Below, one piece after another: positions 11,100 to 22,505 of a stretch of DNA of 64,000 nt. The DNA is taken from NCBI RefSeq assembly GCF_003334305.1, contig NZ_QOWS01000001.1; one strand, given 5' to 3'. Both the position numbers and the translations under genes were made by a program. Every line of letters starts with the position of its first letter. Positions within the stretch are counted from its first letter, which is position 1. The stretch comes from Escherichia coli (GTDB lineage Bacteria > Pseudomonadota > Gammaproteobacteria > Enterobacterales > Enterobacteriaceae). Under the pieces are notes generated by a model. That model was not told the origin of the DNA. It worked only from the letters and a program-made list of their open reading frames with translations, and made no database searches.

Positions 11100-12536
11100 A
11101 TGGCGCAGTCGAAACTCTATCCAGTTGTGATGGCAGGTGGCTCCGGTAGCCGCTTATGGCCGCTTTCCCGCGTACTTTACCCCAAGCAGTTTTTATGCCT
11201 GAAAGGCGATCTCACCATGCTGCAAACCACCATCTGCCGCCTGAACGGCGTGGAGTGCGAAAGCCCGGTGGTGATTTGCAATGAGCAGCACCGCTTTATT
11301 GTCGCGGAACAGCTGCGCCAACTGAACAAACTCACCGAGAACATTATTCTCGAACCGGCAGGGCGTAATACTGCACCTGCCATTGCGCTGGCGGCGCTGG
11401 CGGCAAAACGTCATAGCCCGGAGAGCGACCCGTTAATGCTGGTATTGGCGGCGGATCATGTGATTGCCGATGAAGACGCGTTCCGTGCCGCCGTGCGTAA
11501 TGCCATGCCATATGCCGAAGCGGGCAAGCTGGTGACCTTCGGCATTGTGCCGGATCTACCAGAAACCGGTTATGGCTATATTCGTCGCGGTGAAGTGTCT
11601 GCGGGTGAGCAGGATACGGTGGCCTTTGAAGTGGCGCAGTTTGTCGAAAAACCAAATCTGGAAACCGCGCAGGCCTATGTGGCAAGCGGCGAATATTACT
11701 GGAACAGCGGCATGTTCCTGTTCCGCGCCGGACGCTATCTCGAAGAACTGAAAAAATATCGCCCGGATATTCTCGATGCCTGCGAAAAAGCGATGAGCGC
11801 CGTCGATCCGGATCTCGATTTTATTCGCGTGGATGAAGAAGCGTTTCTCGCCTGCCCGGAAGAGTCGGTGGATTACGCGGTCATGGAACGTACGGCAGAT
11901 GCCGTTGTGGTACCGATGGATGCGGGCTGGAGCGATGTCGGTTCCTGGTCTTCATTATGGGAGATCAGCGCCCACACCGCCGAGGGCAACGTTTGCCACG
12001 GCGATGTAATTAATCACAAAACTGAAAACAGCTATGTGTACGCCGAATCTGGCCTGGTCACCACCGTCGGGGTGAAAGATCTGGTGGTGGTGCAGACCAA
12101 AGATGCGGTGCTGATTGCCGACCGTAACGCGGTGCAGGATGTGAAAAAAGTGGTCGAGCAGATCAAAGCCGATGGTCGCCATGAGCATCGGGTGCATCGC
12201 GAAGTCTATCGCCCGTGGGGCAAATATGACTCTATCGACGCAGGCGACCGCTACCAGGTGAAACGCATCACCGTGAAACCGGGCGAGGGCTTGTCGGTAC
12301 AGATGCACCATCACCGCGCGGAACACTGGGTGGTTGTCGCGGGAACGGCAAAAGTCACTATTGACGGTGATATCAAACTGCTTGGTGAAAACGAGTCCAT
12401 TTATATTCCGCTGGGGGCGACGCACTGCCTGGAAAACCCGGGGAAAATTCCGCTCGATTTAATTGAAGTGCGCTCCGGCTCTTATCTCGAAGAGGATGAT
12501 GTGGTGCGCTTCGCGGATCGCTACGGACGGGTGTAA
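11100..12536 (+). CDS. cpsB: Mannose-1-phosphate guanylyltransferase (colanic acid copy)
   Basis: 478 aa ORF, N-terminal [11 protein letters not shown] nucleotidyltransferase motif, C-terminal cupin domain. Confidence 0.95.
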   Translation: MAQSKLYPVVMAGGSGSRLWPLSRVLYPKQFLCLKGDLTMLQTTICRLNGVECESPVVICNEQHRFIVAEQLRQLNKLTENIILEPAGRNTAPAIALAALAAKRHSPESDPLMLVLAADHVIADEDAFRAAVRNAMPYAEAGKLVTFGIVPDLPETGYGYIRRGEVSAGEQDTVAFEVAQFVEKPNLETAQAYVASGEYYWNSGMFLFRAGRYLEELKKYRPDILDACEKAMSAVDPDLDFIRVDEEAFLACPEESVDYAVMERTADAVVVPMDAGWSDVGSWSSLWEISAHTAEGNVCHGDVINHKTENSYVYAESGLVTTVGVKDLVVVQTKDAVLIADRNAVQDVKKVVEQIKADGRHEHRVHREVYRPWGKYDSIDAGDRYQVKRITVKPGEGLSVQMHHHRAEHWVVVAGTAKVTIDGDIKLLGENESIYIPLGATHCLENPGKIPLDLIEVRSGSYLEEDDVVRFADRYGRV

Positions 12537-12540
12537 ACGT

Positions 12541-12640
<100 letters not shown>

Positions 12641-12728
12641 TGAATGCCGAACCGCGATGTAAATAACGACAAAAACAAAATTGGCCGCTTCGGTCAGGGC
12701 CAACTATTGCCTGAAAAAGGGTAACGAC

Positions 12729-14099
12729 ATGAAAAAATTAACCTGCTTTAAAGCCTATGATATTCGTGGAAAATTAGGCGAAGAACTGAATGAAGATATT
12801 GCCTGGCGCATTGGTCGTGCCTATGGCGAATTTCTCAAACCGAAAACCATTGTGTTAGGCGGTGATGTCCGTCTCACCAGCGAAACCTTAAAACTGGCGC
12901 TGGCAAAAGGTTTACAGGATGCGGGCGTTGATGTGCTGGATATCGGCATGTCCGGCACCGAAGAGATCTATTTCGCCACGTTCCATCTCGGCGTGGATGG
13001 CGGTATTGAAGTTACTGCCAGCCATAATCCGATGGATTACAACGGCATGAAACTGGTGCGCGAAGGGGCTCGCCCGATCAGCGGCGATACCGGACTGCGC
13101 GATGTCCAGCGTCTGGCAGAAGCCAACGACTTTCCTCCCGTTGATGCAACCAAACGCGGTCGCTATCAGCAAATCAATCTGCGTGACGCTTACGTTGATC
13201 ACCTGTTCGGTTATATCAACGTCAAAAACCTCACGCCGCTCAAGCTGGTGATCAACTCCGGGAACGGCGCAGCGGGTCCAGTAGTGGACGCCATTGAAGC
13301 CCGCTTTAAAGCCCTCGGCGCGCCCGTGGAATTGATCAAAGAGCACAACACGCCGGACGGTAATTTCCCCAACGGTATTCCTAACCCGCTACTGCCAGAA
13401 TGCCGCGACGACACCCGCAATGCGGTCATCAAACACGGCGCGGATATGGGCATTGCCTTTGACGGTGATTTTGATCGCTGCTTCCTGTTTGACGAAAAAG
13501 GGCAGTTTATTGAGGGCTACTACATTGTCGGCCTGCTGGCAGAAGCATTCCTCGAAAAAAATCCCGGCGCGAAGATCATCCACGATCCACGTCTCTCCTG
13601 GAACACTGTTGATGTGGTGACCGCCGCGGGCGGCACGCCGGTAATGTCGAAAACCGGACACGCCTTTATTAAAGAACGTATGCGCAAGGAAGACGCCATC
13701 TACGGTGGCGAAATGAGTGCCCACCATTACTTCCGTGATTTCGCTTACTGCGACAGCGGCATGATCCCGTGGCTGCTGGTAGCCGAACTGGTGTGCCTGA
13801 AAGGAAAAACGCTGGGCGAACTGGTGCGCGACCGGATGGCGGCATTCCCGGCAAGCGGTGAGATCAACAGCAAACTGGCGCAACCCGTTGAGGCGATTAA
13901 CCGCGTGGAACAGCATTTTAGCCGTGAGGCTCTGGCGGTGGATCGCACCGATGGCATCAGCATGACCTTTGCCGACTGGCGCTTTAATCTGCGCACCTCC
14001 AATACCGAACCGGTGGTGCGCCTGAATGTGGAATCGCGCGGTGATGTGCCACTGATGGAAGCGCGAACGCGAACTCTGCTGGCGTTGCTGAACGAGTAA
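12729..14099 (+). CDS. cpsG: Phosphomannomutase (colanic acid copy)
   Basis: 456 aa from Met [14 protein letters not shown]; active-site TASHNP motif; six-frame ORF extends 16 codons upstream into REP region. Confidence 0.95.
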   Translation: MKKLTCFKAYDIRGKLGEELNEDIAWRIGRAYGEFLKPKTIVLGGDVRLTSETLKLALAKGLQDAGVDVLDIGMSGTEEIYFATFHLGVDGGIEVTASHNPMDYNGMKLVREGARPISGDTGLRDVQRLAEANDFPPVDATKRGRYQQINLRDAYVDHLFGYINVKNLTPLKLVINSGNGAAGPVVDAIEARFKALGAPVELIKEHNTPDGNFPNGIPNPLLPECRDDTRNAVIKHGADMGIAFDGDFDRCFLFDEKGQFIEGYYIVGLLAEAFLEKNPGAKIIHDPRLSWNTVDVVTAAGGTPVMSKTGHAFIKERMRKEDAIYGGEMSAHHYFRDFAYCDSGMIPWLLVAELVCLKGKTLGELVRDRMAAFPASGEINSKLAQPVEAINRVEQHFSREALAVDRTDGISMTFADWRFNLRTSNTEPVVRLNVESRGDVPLMEARTRTLLALLNE

Positions 14100-14110
14100 T
14101 GTCGGATCTT

Positions 14111-14134
14111 CCCTTACCCCATTGCGGGTAAGGG
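14111..14134 (+). other. Intra-operon GC-rich stem-loop between cpsG and wcaJ (9-bp stem, 6-nt loop, no U-tract)
   Basis: CCCTTACCC-cattgc-GGGTAAGGG read directly. Confidence 0.5.
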
Positions 14135-14153
14135 GCTAATAACAGGAACAACG

Positions 14154-15548
14154 ATGACAAATCTAAAAAAGCGCGAGCGAGCGAAAACCAATGCATCGTT
14201 AATCTCTATGGTGCAACGCTTTTCAGATATCACCATCATGTTTGCCGGACTATGGCTGGTTTGCGAAGTGAGCGGACTGTCATTCCTCTACATGCACCTG
14301 TTGGTGGCGCTGATTACGCTGGTGGTGTTCCAGATGCTGGGCGGCATCACCGATTTTTATCGCTCATGGCGCGGTGTTCGGGCAGCGACAGAATTTGCCC
14401 TGTTGCTACAAAACTGGACCTTAAGCGTGATTTTCAGCGCCGGACTGGTGGCGTTCAACAATGATTTCGACACGCAACTGAAAATCTGGCTGGCGTGGTA
14501 TGGGCTGACCAGCATCGGACTGGTGGTTTGCCGTTCATGTATTCGCATTGGGGCGGGCTGGCTGCGTAATCATGGCTATAACAAGCGCATGGTCGCGGTG
14601 GCGGGGGATTTAGCCGCCGGACAAATGCTGATGGAGAGCTTCCGTAATCAGCCGTGGTTAGGGTTTGAAGTGGTGGGCGTTTACCACGACCCGAAACCGG
14701 GCGGCGTTTCTAACGACTGGGCGGGCAATCTGCAACAGCTGGTCGAGGATGCTAAAGCGGGTAAGATTCATAACGTCTATATCGCGATGCAAATGTGCGA
14801 CGGCGCGCGAGTGAAAAAACTGGTCCATCAACTGGCGGACACCACCTGTTCGGTGCTGCTGATCCCCGATGTCTTTACCTTCAACATTCTCCATTCACGT
14901 CTCGAAGAGATGAACGGCGTTCCGGTGGTGCCGCTGTATGACACGCCGCTTTCCGGGGTTAACCGCCTGCTAAAACGTGCGGAAGACATTGTGCTGGCGA
15001 CGCTGATCTTGCTGCTGATCTCCCCGGTGCTGTGCTGTATTGCGCTGGCGGTGAAACTCAGTTCACCAGGGCCGGTTATTTTCCGCCAGACTCGCTACGG
15101 CATGGATGGCAAGCCGATCAAAGTGTGGAAGTTCCGTTCCATGAAAGTGATGGAGAACGACAAAGTGGTGACCCAGGCGACGCAGAACGATCCGCGCGTC
15201 ACTAAAGTGGGGAACTTTCTGCGCCGCACCTCGCTGGATGAACTGCCGCAGTTTATCAATGTGCTGACCGGCGGGATGTCGATTGTCGGTCCGCGTCCGC
15301 ACGCGGTAGCGCATAACGAACAGTATCGCCAGCTCATTGAAGGCTACATGCTGCGCCACAAAGTGAAACCGGGCATTACCGGCTGGGCGCAGATTAATGG
15401 CTGGCGCGGCGAAACCGACACGCTGGAGAAAATGGAAAAACGCGTCGAGTTCGACCTTGAGTACATCCGCGAATGGAGCGTCTGGTTCGATATCAAAATC
15501 GTTTTCCTGACGGTATTCAAAGGTTTCGTTAACAAAGCGGCATATTGA
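14154..15548 (+). CDS. wcaJ: Undecaprenyl-phosphate glucose-1-phosphate transferase WcaJ (initiating PHPT)
   Basis: 464 aa ORF, N-terminal TM segments and C-terminal sugar-phosphate transferase domain. Confidence 0.95.
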   Translation: MTNLKKRERAKTNASLISMVQRFSDITIMFAGLWLVCEVSGLSFLYMHLLVALITLVVFQMLGGITDFYRSWRGVRAATEFALLLQNWTLSVIFSAGLVAFNNDFDTQLKIWLAWYGLTSIGLVVCRSCIRIGAGWLRNHGYNKRMVAVAGDLAAGQMLMESFRNQPWLGFEVVGVYHDPKPGGVSNDWAGNLQQLVEDAKAGKIHNVYIAMQMCDGARVKKLVHQLADTTCSVLLIPDVFTFNILHSRLEEMNGVPVVPLYDTPLSGVNRLLKRAEDIVLATLILLLISPVLCCIALAVKLSSPGPVIFRQTRYGMDGKPIKVWKFRSMKVMENDKVVTQATQNDPRVTKVGNFLRRTSLDELPQFINVLTGGMSIVGPRPHAVAHNEQYRQLIEGYMLRHKVKPGITGWAQINGWRGETDTLEKMEKRVEFDLEYIREWSVWFDIKIVFLTVFKGFVNKAAY

Positions 15549-15549
15549 T

Positions 15550-17028
15550 ATGAGCTTACGTGAAAAAACCATCAGCGGCGCGAAGTGGTCGGCGATTGCC
15601 ACGGTGATCATCATCGGCCTCGGGCTGGTGCAGATGACCGTGCTGGCGCGGATTATCGACAACCACCAGTTCGGCCTGCTGACTGTGTCGCTGGTGATTA
15701 TCGCGCTGGCAGATACGCTTTCTGACTTCGGTATCGCTAACTCGATTATTCAGCGAAAAGAAATCAGCCACCTTGAACTCACCACGCTGTACTGGCTGAA
15801 CGTCGGGCTGGGGCTTGTGGTGTGCGTGGCGGTGTTTTTGTTGAGTGATGCCATTGGCGACGTGCTGAATAACCCGGACCTGGCCCCGTTGATTAAAACA
15901 TTGTCGCTGGCGTTTGTGGTGATCCCCCACGGGCAACAGTTCCGCGCGTTGATGCAGAAGGAGCTGGAGTTCAACAAAATCGGCATGATCGAAACCAGCG
16001 CGGTACTGGCGGGCTTCACTTTTACGGTGGTTAGCGCCCATTTCTGGCCGCTGGCGATGACCGCGATCCTCGGTTATCTGGTCAATAGCGCGGTAAGAAC
16101 GCTGCTGTTTGGCTACTTTGGCCGCAAAATTTATCGCCCCGGTCTGCACTTCTCGCTGGCGTCGGTGGCACCGAACTTACGCTTTGGTGCCTGGCTGACG
16201 GCGGACAGCATCATCAACTATCTCAACACCAACCTTTCAACGCTGGTGCTGGCGCGTATTCTCGGCGCGGGCGTGGCAGGGGGATACAACCTGGCGTACA
16301 ACGTGGCCGTTGTGCCGCCGATGAAGCTGAACCCAATCATCACCCGCGTGTTGTTTCCGGCGTTTGCCAAAATTCAGGACGACACCGAAAAGCTGCGCGT
16401 CAACTTCTACAAGCTGCTGTCGGTGGTGGGGATTATCAACTTTCCGGCGCTGCTCGGGCTGATGGTGGTGTCAAATAACTTTGTACCGCTGGTATTTGGT
16501 GAGAAGTGGAGCAGCATTATTCCGGTGCTGCAATTGCTGTGTATTGTGGGTCTGCTGCGCTCCGTGGGTAACCCGATTGGTTCGCTGCTGATGGCGAAAG
16601 CGCGGGTCGATATCAGCTTTAAATTCAACGTATTCAAAACATTTCTGTTTATTCCGGCGATTGTTATTGGTGGGCAGATGGCCGGCGCAATCGGCGTCAC
16701 GCTTGGCTTCCTGCTGGTGCAGATTATCAACACCATTCTGAGTTACTTCGTGATGATTAAACCGGTTCTTGGTTCCAGTTATCGCCAGTACATCCTGAGT
16801 TTGTGGCTGCCGTTTTATCTCTCGCTGCCGACGCTGGTGGTCAGTTATGCGCTGGGTATTGTGCTGAAAGGGCAACTGGCGCTGGGGATGCTGCTGGCGG
16901 TGCAAATAGCCGCGGGCGTGCTGGCGTTTGTGGTGATGATTGTGCTGTCGCGCCATCCGCTGGTGGTGGAAGTGAAGCGTCAGTTTTGTCGCAGCGAAAA
17001 AATGAAAATGCTTTTACGGGCGGGGTGA
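15550..17028 (+). CDS. wzxC: Colanic acid repeat-unit flippase WzxC
   Basis: 492 aa polytopic membrane ORF (MOP/Wzx family), synteny. Confidence 0.9.
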   Translation: MSLREKTISGAKWSAIATVIIIGLGLVQMTVLARIIDNHQFGLLTVSLVIIALADTLSDFGIANSIIQRKEISHLELTTLYWLNVGLGLVVCVAVFLLSDAIGDVLNNPDLAPLIKTLSLAFVVIPHGQQFRALMQKELEFNKIGMIETSAVLAGFTFTVVSAHFWPLAMTAILGYLVNSAVRTLLFGYFGRKIYRPGLHFSLASVAPNLRFGAWLTADSIINYLNTNLSTLVLARILGAGVAGGYNLAYNVAVVPPMKLNPIITRVLFPAFAKIQDDTEKLRVNFYKLLSVVGIINFPALLGLMVVSNNFVPLVFGEKWSSIIPVLQLLCIVGLLRSVGNPIGSLLMAKARVDISFKFNVFKTFLFIPAIVIGGQMAGAIGVTLGFLLVQIINTILSYFVMIKPVLGSSYRQYILSLWLPFYLSLPTLVVSYALGIVLKGQLALGMLLAVQIAAGVLAFVVMIVLSRHPLVVEVKRQFCRSEKMKMLLRAG

Positions 17029-17059
17029 GTTGCTGTTTTCGGTTCCGACAACGGTTGCC

Positions 17060-17150
17060 GGGTGCAGCGTAAAACGCCTTATCCATCCTACGGTTCTGTG
17101 CTCGGGACCTGTAGGCCTGATAAGACGCGCCAGCGTCGCATCAGGCAAAA
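17060..17150. repeat. REP/BIME units between wzxC and wcaK
   Basis: REP-type palindromes (GCCTGATAAGACGCGCCAGCGTCGCATCAGGC). Confidence 0.8.
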
Positions 17151-17207
17151 AGCGGCAACGAACACAACAAACACAGCCTCACCTGGCATCAAATTTATGA
17201 GGAAAAA

Positions 17208-18488
17208 ATGAAATTACTTATTCTGGGCAACCACACTTGCGGCAATCGTGGCGACAGTGCCATCTTGCGCGGCTTACTTGATGCCATCAACATCCTCAAT
17301 CCACAAGCCGAAGTGGACGTGATGAGCCGCTATCCGGTCAGTTCTTCCTGGCTGCTCAACCGCCCGGTAATGGGCGATCCGCTGTTCCTGCAAATGAAAC
17401 AACACAACAGCGCGGCGGGCGTTGTCGGGCGCGTTAAAAAAGTCCTCCGTCGCCGCTATCAACACCAGGTATTGCTCTCACGCGTCACCGACACTGGCAA
17501 GCTGCGTAATATCGCCATCGCCCAGGGATTCACCGACTTCGTGCGCATGCTCTCAGGTTACGACGCCATTATTCAGGTCGGCGGATCGTTTTTTGTCGAT
17601 CTCTACGGCGTGCCACAGTTTGAACATGCACTTTGCACGTTTATGGCGAAAAAGCCGCTGTTTATGATTGGTCACAGTGTTGGCCCGTTCCAGGATGAGC
17701 AATTTAACCAACTGGCGAACTATGTTTTTGGTCACTGTGACGCGCTGATCCTGCGCGAATCGGTCAGCCTTGATTTGATGAAACGCAGCAATATCACCAC
17801 TGCAAAAGTGGAACATGGCGTCGATACTGCGTGGCTGGTCGATCACCACACCGAAGATTTCACCGCCAGCTATGCCGTCCAACACTGGCTGGACGTTGCC
17901 GCACAACAGAAAACGGTGGCAATTACCCTGCGCGAACTGGCACCGTTCGACAAACGTCTCGGCACCACTCAACAAGCGTATGAAAAAGCCTTTGCCGGGG
18001 TGGTCAATCGCATTCTCGATGAAGGGTATCAGGTGATTGCGCTCTCCACCTGTACGGGCATCGACAGCTATAACAAAGACGACCGCATGGTGGCGCTTAA
18101 TCTGCGCCAGCACATCAGCGATCCTGCCCGTTACCACGTAGTGATGGATGAACTCAACGATCTGGAAATGGGCAAAATTCTGGAGGCCTGTGAACTCACC
18201 GTCGGTACGCGCCTGCACTCTGCCATTATCTCGATGAATTTCTCCACTCCGGCAATTGCCATCAACTACGAACATAAATCCGCCGGGATTATGCAGCAGC
18301 TGGGACTGCCAGAGATGGCGATTGATATCCGTCATTTACTGGACGGCAGCCTGCAAGCGATGGTTGCGGATACCTTAGGCCAGCTTCCGGCGCTGAACGC
18401 ACGACTTAACGAAGCTGTCAGTCGTGAGCGTCAGACGGGAATGCAGATGGTGCAATCTGTGCTTGAGCGCATCGGGGAGGTGAAATGA
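17208..18488 (+). CDS. wcaK: Colanic acid pyruvyl transferase WcaK
   Basis: 426 aa ORF, synteny. Confidence 0.9.
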   Translation: MKLLILGNHTCGNRGDSAILRGLLDAINILNPQAEVDVMSRYPVSSSWLLNRPVMGDPLFLQMKQHNSAAGVVGRVKKVLRRRYQHQVLLSRVTDTGKLRNIAIAQGFTDFVRMLSGYDAIIQVGGSFFVDLYGVPQFEHALCTFMAKKPLFMIGHSVGPFQDEQFNQLANYVFGHCDALILRESVSLDLMKRSNITTAKVEHGVDTAWLVDHHTEDFTASYAVQHWLDVAAQQKTVAITLRELAPFDKRLGTTQQAYEKAFAGVVNRILDEGYQVIALSTCTGIDSYNKDDRMVALNLRQHISDPARYHVVMDELNDLEMGKILEACELTVGTRLHSAIISMNFSTPAIAINYEHKSAGIMQQLGLPEMAIDIRHLLDGSLQAMVADTLGQLPALNARLNEAVSRERQTGMQMVQSVLERIGEVK

Positions 18489-19705
18489 AGGTCGGCTTCT
18501 TTTTACTGAAATTTCCGTTGTCGTCAGAAACCTTCGTCCTCAATCAAATTACCGCGTTTATTGATATGGGATTTGAGGTGGAGATTGTCGCGCTGCAAAA
18601 AGGCGACACACAAAACACCCACGCGGCATGGACGAAATACAACCTTGCCGCCAGAACCCGTTGGTTACAGGACGAACCTACGGGCAAAGTGGCGAAGCTG
18701 CGCCACCGCGCCAGCCAGACTTTACGCGGCATTCATCGTAAAAATACCTGGCAGGCGCTCAACCTCAAACGCTATGGTGCCGAGTCGCGGAATCTGATTT
18801 TGTCTGCCATTTGCGGTCAGGTCGCAACACCATTTCATGCCGATGTCTTTATCGCTCATTTTGGCCCTGCGGGGGTAACCGCAGCAAAACTACGCGAACT
18901 GGGTGTCATTCGCGGCAAAATTGCCACTATTTTTCACGGCATTGATATTTCCAGTCGGGAAGTGCTCAACCATTACACTCCCGAATATCAACAACTGTTT
19001 CGACGTGGCGACCTGATGCTACCGATAAGCGATCTGTGGGCCGGAAGGCTGCAAAAAATGGGCTGCCCGAGGGAAAAAATCGCCGTATCGCGTATGGGTG
19101 TGGACATGACGCGCTTTAGCCCGCGTCCCGTGAAAGCGCCCGCAACACCGCTGGAGATTATTTCCGTCGCACGCTTAACCGAGAAAAAAGGCCTGCATGT
19201 GGCGATTGAAGCCTGCCGTCAGTTGAAAGAGCAGGGCGTGGCATTTCGCTATCGCATCCTCGGCATTGGCCCGTGGGAAAGACGCCTGCGCACCCTCATC
19301 GAACAATATCAACTGGAAGATGTGGTGGAGATGCCGGGCTTTAAACCGAGCCATGAAGTGAAAGCGATGCTCGACAACGCGGATGTTTTCTTGTTGCCAT
19401 CGGTAACGGGTGCGGATGGCGATATGGAAGGTATTCCGGTGGCGCTAATGGAAGCGATGGCGGTCGGTATTCCGGTGGTTTCTACTCTGCATAGCGGAAT
19501 ACCGGAACTGGTGGAGGCCGATAAATCCGGCTGGCTGGTGCCTGAGAATGATGCTCGCGCACTGGCGCAACGACTGGCGGCGTTTAGCCAACTGGACACC
19601 GACGAACTGGCTCCGGTTATCAAACGTGCTCGCGAAAAAGTCGAACACGATTTTAACCAGCAGGTGATTAACCGAGAACTCGCCAGCTTGTTGCAGGCTT
19701 TATAG
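18485..19705 (+). CDS. wcaL: Colanic acid glycosyltransferase WcaL (GT4)
   Basis: 406 aa ORF with GT4 motifs; stop/start overlap with wcaK. Confidence 0.9.
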   Translation: MKVGFFLLKFPLSSETFVLNQITAFIDMGFEVEIVALQKGDTQNTHAAWTKYNLAARTRWLQDEPTGKVAKLRHRASQTLRGIHRKNTWQALNLKRYGAESRNLILSAICGQVATPFHADVFIAHFGPAGVTAAKLRELGVIRGKIATIFHGIDISSREVLNHYTPEYQQLFRRGDLMLPISDLWAGRLQKMGCPREKIAVSRMGVDMTRFSPRPVKAPATPLEIISVARLTEKKGLHVAIEACRQLKEQGVAFRYRILGIGPWERRLRTLIEQYQLEDVVEMPGFKPSHEVKAMLDNADVFLLPSVTGADGDMEGIPVALMEAMAVGIPVVSTLHSGIPELVEADKSGWLVPENDARALAQRLAAFSQLDTDELAPVIKRAREKVEHDFNQQVINRELASLLQAL

Positions 19706-19715
19706 AGGAGAACGT

Positions 19716-21110
19716 ATGCCATTTAAAAAACTCTCCCGACGCACCTTCCTGACGGCAAGCTCCGCGCTTGCCTTCCTCCATACCCCTTTCGCTCGCGCAC
19801 TTCCCGCCCGACAAAGCGTTAACATTAACGACTACAACCCACACGACTGGATCGCCTCATTTAAACAAGCCTTCGGTGAAGGGCAAACGGTCGTCGTGCC
19901 TGCCGGATTGGTTTGCGACAATATCAACACCGGCATCTTCATTCCTCCTGGCAAAACGTTACACATCCTTGGAAGCCTGCGCGGCAACGGCAGAGGGCGA
20001 TTTGTCTTACAGGACGGTAGCCAGGTGACAGGGGAGGAGGGCGGCAGTATGCATAACATCACCCTGGATGTGCGTGGCTCTGACTGCACCATCAAAGGGC
20101 TGGCGATGAGCGGCTTTGGCCCGGTAACGCAGATTTATATCGGCGGCAAAAACAAACGGGTCATGCGCAACCTGACCATCGATAACCTCACTGTCAGCCA
20201 CGCTAATTACGCCATCTTACGCCAGGGATTTCATAACCAGATAATCGGTGCCAACATCACCAATTGTAAGTTCAGCGACTTACAGGGCGATGCCATTGAA
20301 TGGAACGTGGCGATTAACGACCGTGATATTTTGATCTCCGACCATGTCATCGAGCGCATCAACTGTACTAACGGAAAAATCAATTGGGGCATTGGCATAG
20401 GCCTTGCGGGGAGTACTTATGATAATAATTACCCGGAAGATCAGGCAGTGAAAAACTTTGTCGTGGCGAATATCACGGGATCGGATTGTCGGCAGTTGAT
20501 CCATGTTGAAAATGGTAAACATTTTGTTATTCGTAATATCAAAGCCCGCAATATCACGCCGGATTTCAGTAAGAAAGCAGGTATTGATAACGCCACAGTC
20601 GCTATTTACGGTTGTGACAATTTCGTGATTGATAATATTGAAATGATTAATAGCGCCGGGATGTTAATCGGCTATGGGGTAATTAAAGGCAAATATCTCT
20701 CGATACCGCAAAATTTCCGAGTGAATAATATTCAACTGGATAATACCCACCTTGCTTACAAATTGCGCGGTATCCAAATCTCCGCCGGGAATGCTGTCTC
20801 CTTTGTGGCGCTGACTAACATTGAGATGAAGCGTGCGTCGCTTGAGCTACACAATAAACCGCAACACCTTTTTATGCGAAATATCAAGGTGATGCAGGAA
20901 TCCTCTGTTGGACCAGCATTGAGCATGAACTTCGACATGCGCAAAGACGTTCGCGGCGTTTTTATGGCAAAGCGTGAAACGCTGCTTTCACTCACGAATA
21001 TTCATGCCGTGAATGAAAAAGGGCAAAGCTCCGTCGATATCGACAGGATTAATCACCATATTGTTAATGTGGAAAAGATTAACTTTAGATTGCCGGAACG
21101 GAGGGAGTAG
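19716..21110 (+). CDS. wcaM: Colanic acid biosynthesis protein WcaM (secreted, beta-helix-like)
   Basis: 464 aa ORF with N-terminal signal-like sequence; last gene of wca operon. Confidence 0.9.
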   Translation: MPFKKLSRRTFLTASSALAFLHTPFARALPARQSVNINDYNPHDWIASFKQAFGEGQTVVVPAGLVCDNINTGIFIPPGKTLHILGSLRGNGRGRFVLQDGSQVTGEEGGSMHNITLDVRGSDCTIKGLAMSGFGPVTQIYIGGKNKRVMRNLTIDNLTVSHANYAILRQGFHNQIIGANITNCKFSDLQGDAIEWNVAINDRDILISDHVIERINCTNGKINWGIGIGLAGSTYDNNYPEDQAVKNFVVANITGSDCRQLIHVENGKHFVIRNIKARNITPDFSKKAGIDNATVAIYGCDNFVIDNIEMINSAGMLIGYGVIKGKYLSIPQNFRVNNIQLDNTHLAYKLRGIQISAGNAVSFVALTNIEMKRASLELHNKPQHLFMRNIKVMQESSVGPALSMNFDMRKDVRGVFMAKRETLLSLTNIHAVNEKGQSSVDIDRINHHIVNVEKINFRLPERRE

Positions 21111-21267
21111 ATTTGCGACCATTCATAAACTTACTGGATATAATGTTCTAAAAGATTATAATCCTTACGCTAACTGTTAAAGCTGGGGCTGGGCAGCATT
21201 GACTACTCAGGGAAGGTACTCATCTTTATCTTGTGTTTCTTACGTAACAACCAGACTAAAGTGATTT

Positions 21268-22263
21268 ATGAACGATAACGTTTTGCTCATAGGAGCTTCC
21301 GGATTCGTAGGAACCCGACTACTTGAAACGGCAATTGCTGACTTTAATATCAAGAACCTGGACAAACAGCAGAGCCATTTTTATCCAGAAATTACACAGA
21401 TTGGCGATGTTCGCGATCAACAGGCACTCGACCAGGCGTTAGCTGGTTTTGACACTGTTGTACTGCTGGCAGCGGAACATCGCGATGATGTCAGCCCTAC
21501 TTCTCTCTATTATGATGTCAATGTTCAGGGTACCCGCAACGTGCTGGCAGCCATGGAAAAAAATGGCGTTAAAAATATCATCTTTACCAGTTCCGTTGCT
21601 GTTTATGGTTTGAACAAACACAATCCTGACGAAAACCATCCACACGATCCTTTCAACCACTACGGCAAAAGTAAGTGGCAGGCAGAGGAAGTGCTGCGTG
21701 AATGGTATAACAAAGCACCAACAGAACGTTCATTAACTATCATCCGTCCTACCGTTATCTTCGGTGAACGCAACCGCGGTAACGTCTATAACTTGCTGAA
21801 ACAGATCGCTGGCGGCAAGTTTATGATGGTGGGTGCAGGAACTAACTATAAGTCCATGGCTTATGTTGGAAACATTGTTGAGTTTATCAAGTACAAACTG
21901 AAGAATGTTGCCGCAGGTTATGAGGTTTATAACTACGTTGATAAGCCAGATCTGAACATGAACCAGTTGGTTGCGGAAGTTGAACAAAGCCTGAACAAAA
22001 AGATCCCTTCTATGCACTTGCCTTACCCACTAGGAATGCTGGGTGGATATTGCTTTGATATCCTGAGCAAAATTACGGGCAAAAAATACGCAGTCAGCTC
22101 TGTGCGCGTGAAAAAATTCTGCGCAACAACACAGTTTGACGCAACGAAAGTGCATTCTTCAGGTTTTGTGGCACCGTATACGCTGTCGCAAGGTCTGGAT
22201 CGAACTCTGCAGTATGAATTCGTCCATGCCAAAAAAGACGACATAACGTTTGTTTCTGAGTAA
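21268..22263 (+). CDS. gne: NAD-dependent UDP-N-acetylglucosamine 4-epimerase (Gne-type) encoded immediately upstream of galF
   Basis: 331 aa ORF, N-terminal GASGFVGTRLLE Rossmann motif, SDR epimerase family; position between wcaM and galF as in GalNAc-containing E. coli O types (from memory). Confidence 0.7.
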   Translation: MNDNVLLIGASGFVGTRLLETAIADFNIKNLDKQQSHFYPEITQIGDVRDQQALDQALAGFDTVVLLAAEHRDDVSPTSLYYDVNVQGTRNVLAAMEKNGVKNIIFTSSVAVYGLNKHNPDENHPHDPFNHYGKSKWQAEEVLREWYNKAPTERSLTIIRPTVIFGERNRGNVYNLLKQIAGGKFMMVGAGTNYKSMAYVGNIVEFIKYKLKNVAAGYEVYNYVDKPDLNMNQLVAEVEQSLNKKIPSMHLPYPLGMLGGYCFDILSKITGKKYAVSSVRVKKFCATTQFDATKVHSSGFVAPYTLSQGLDRTLQYEFVHAKKDDITFVSE

Positions 22264-22319
22264 TGCAGGCGAGTCAGAGAAAAAAGGACCAGGTTGGACT
22301 ACGATTATTCGGAAAGAGG

Positions 22320-22339
22320 TACTGATTAAATTATCAGTA
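22320..22339. promoter_or_regulatory. 20-bp palindrome TACTGATTAAATTATCAGTA (CTG-N10-CAG), LexA-box-like, in gne-galF intergenic region
   Basis: Read directly; arms TACTGAT / ATCAGTA. Confidence 0.3.
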
Positions 22340-22505
22340 TGCGGAATTCCGAGTAATCCGAGTAACCCAGATGCTGATGGTGTGTAGTGTTATCGTAAGG
22401 TTTAATCAAAGTTATGCGGAACTAAGCTTTGGTATATAGCCATAACGTTTGGCTAACCAATGGCAATAATTTACGCACTATCAGCCACTTAGAGGTAGGA
22501 AAAGA

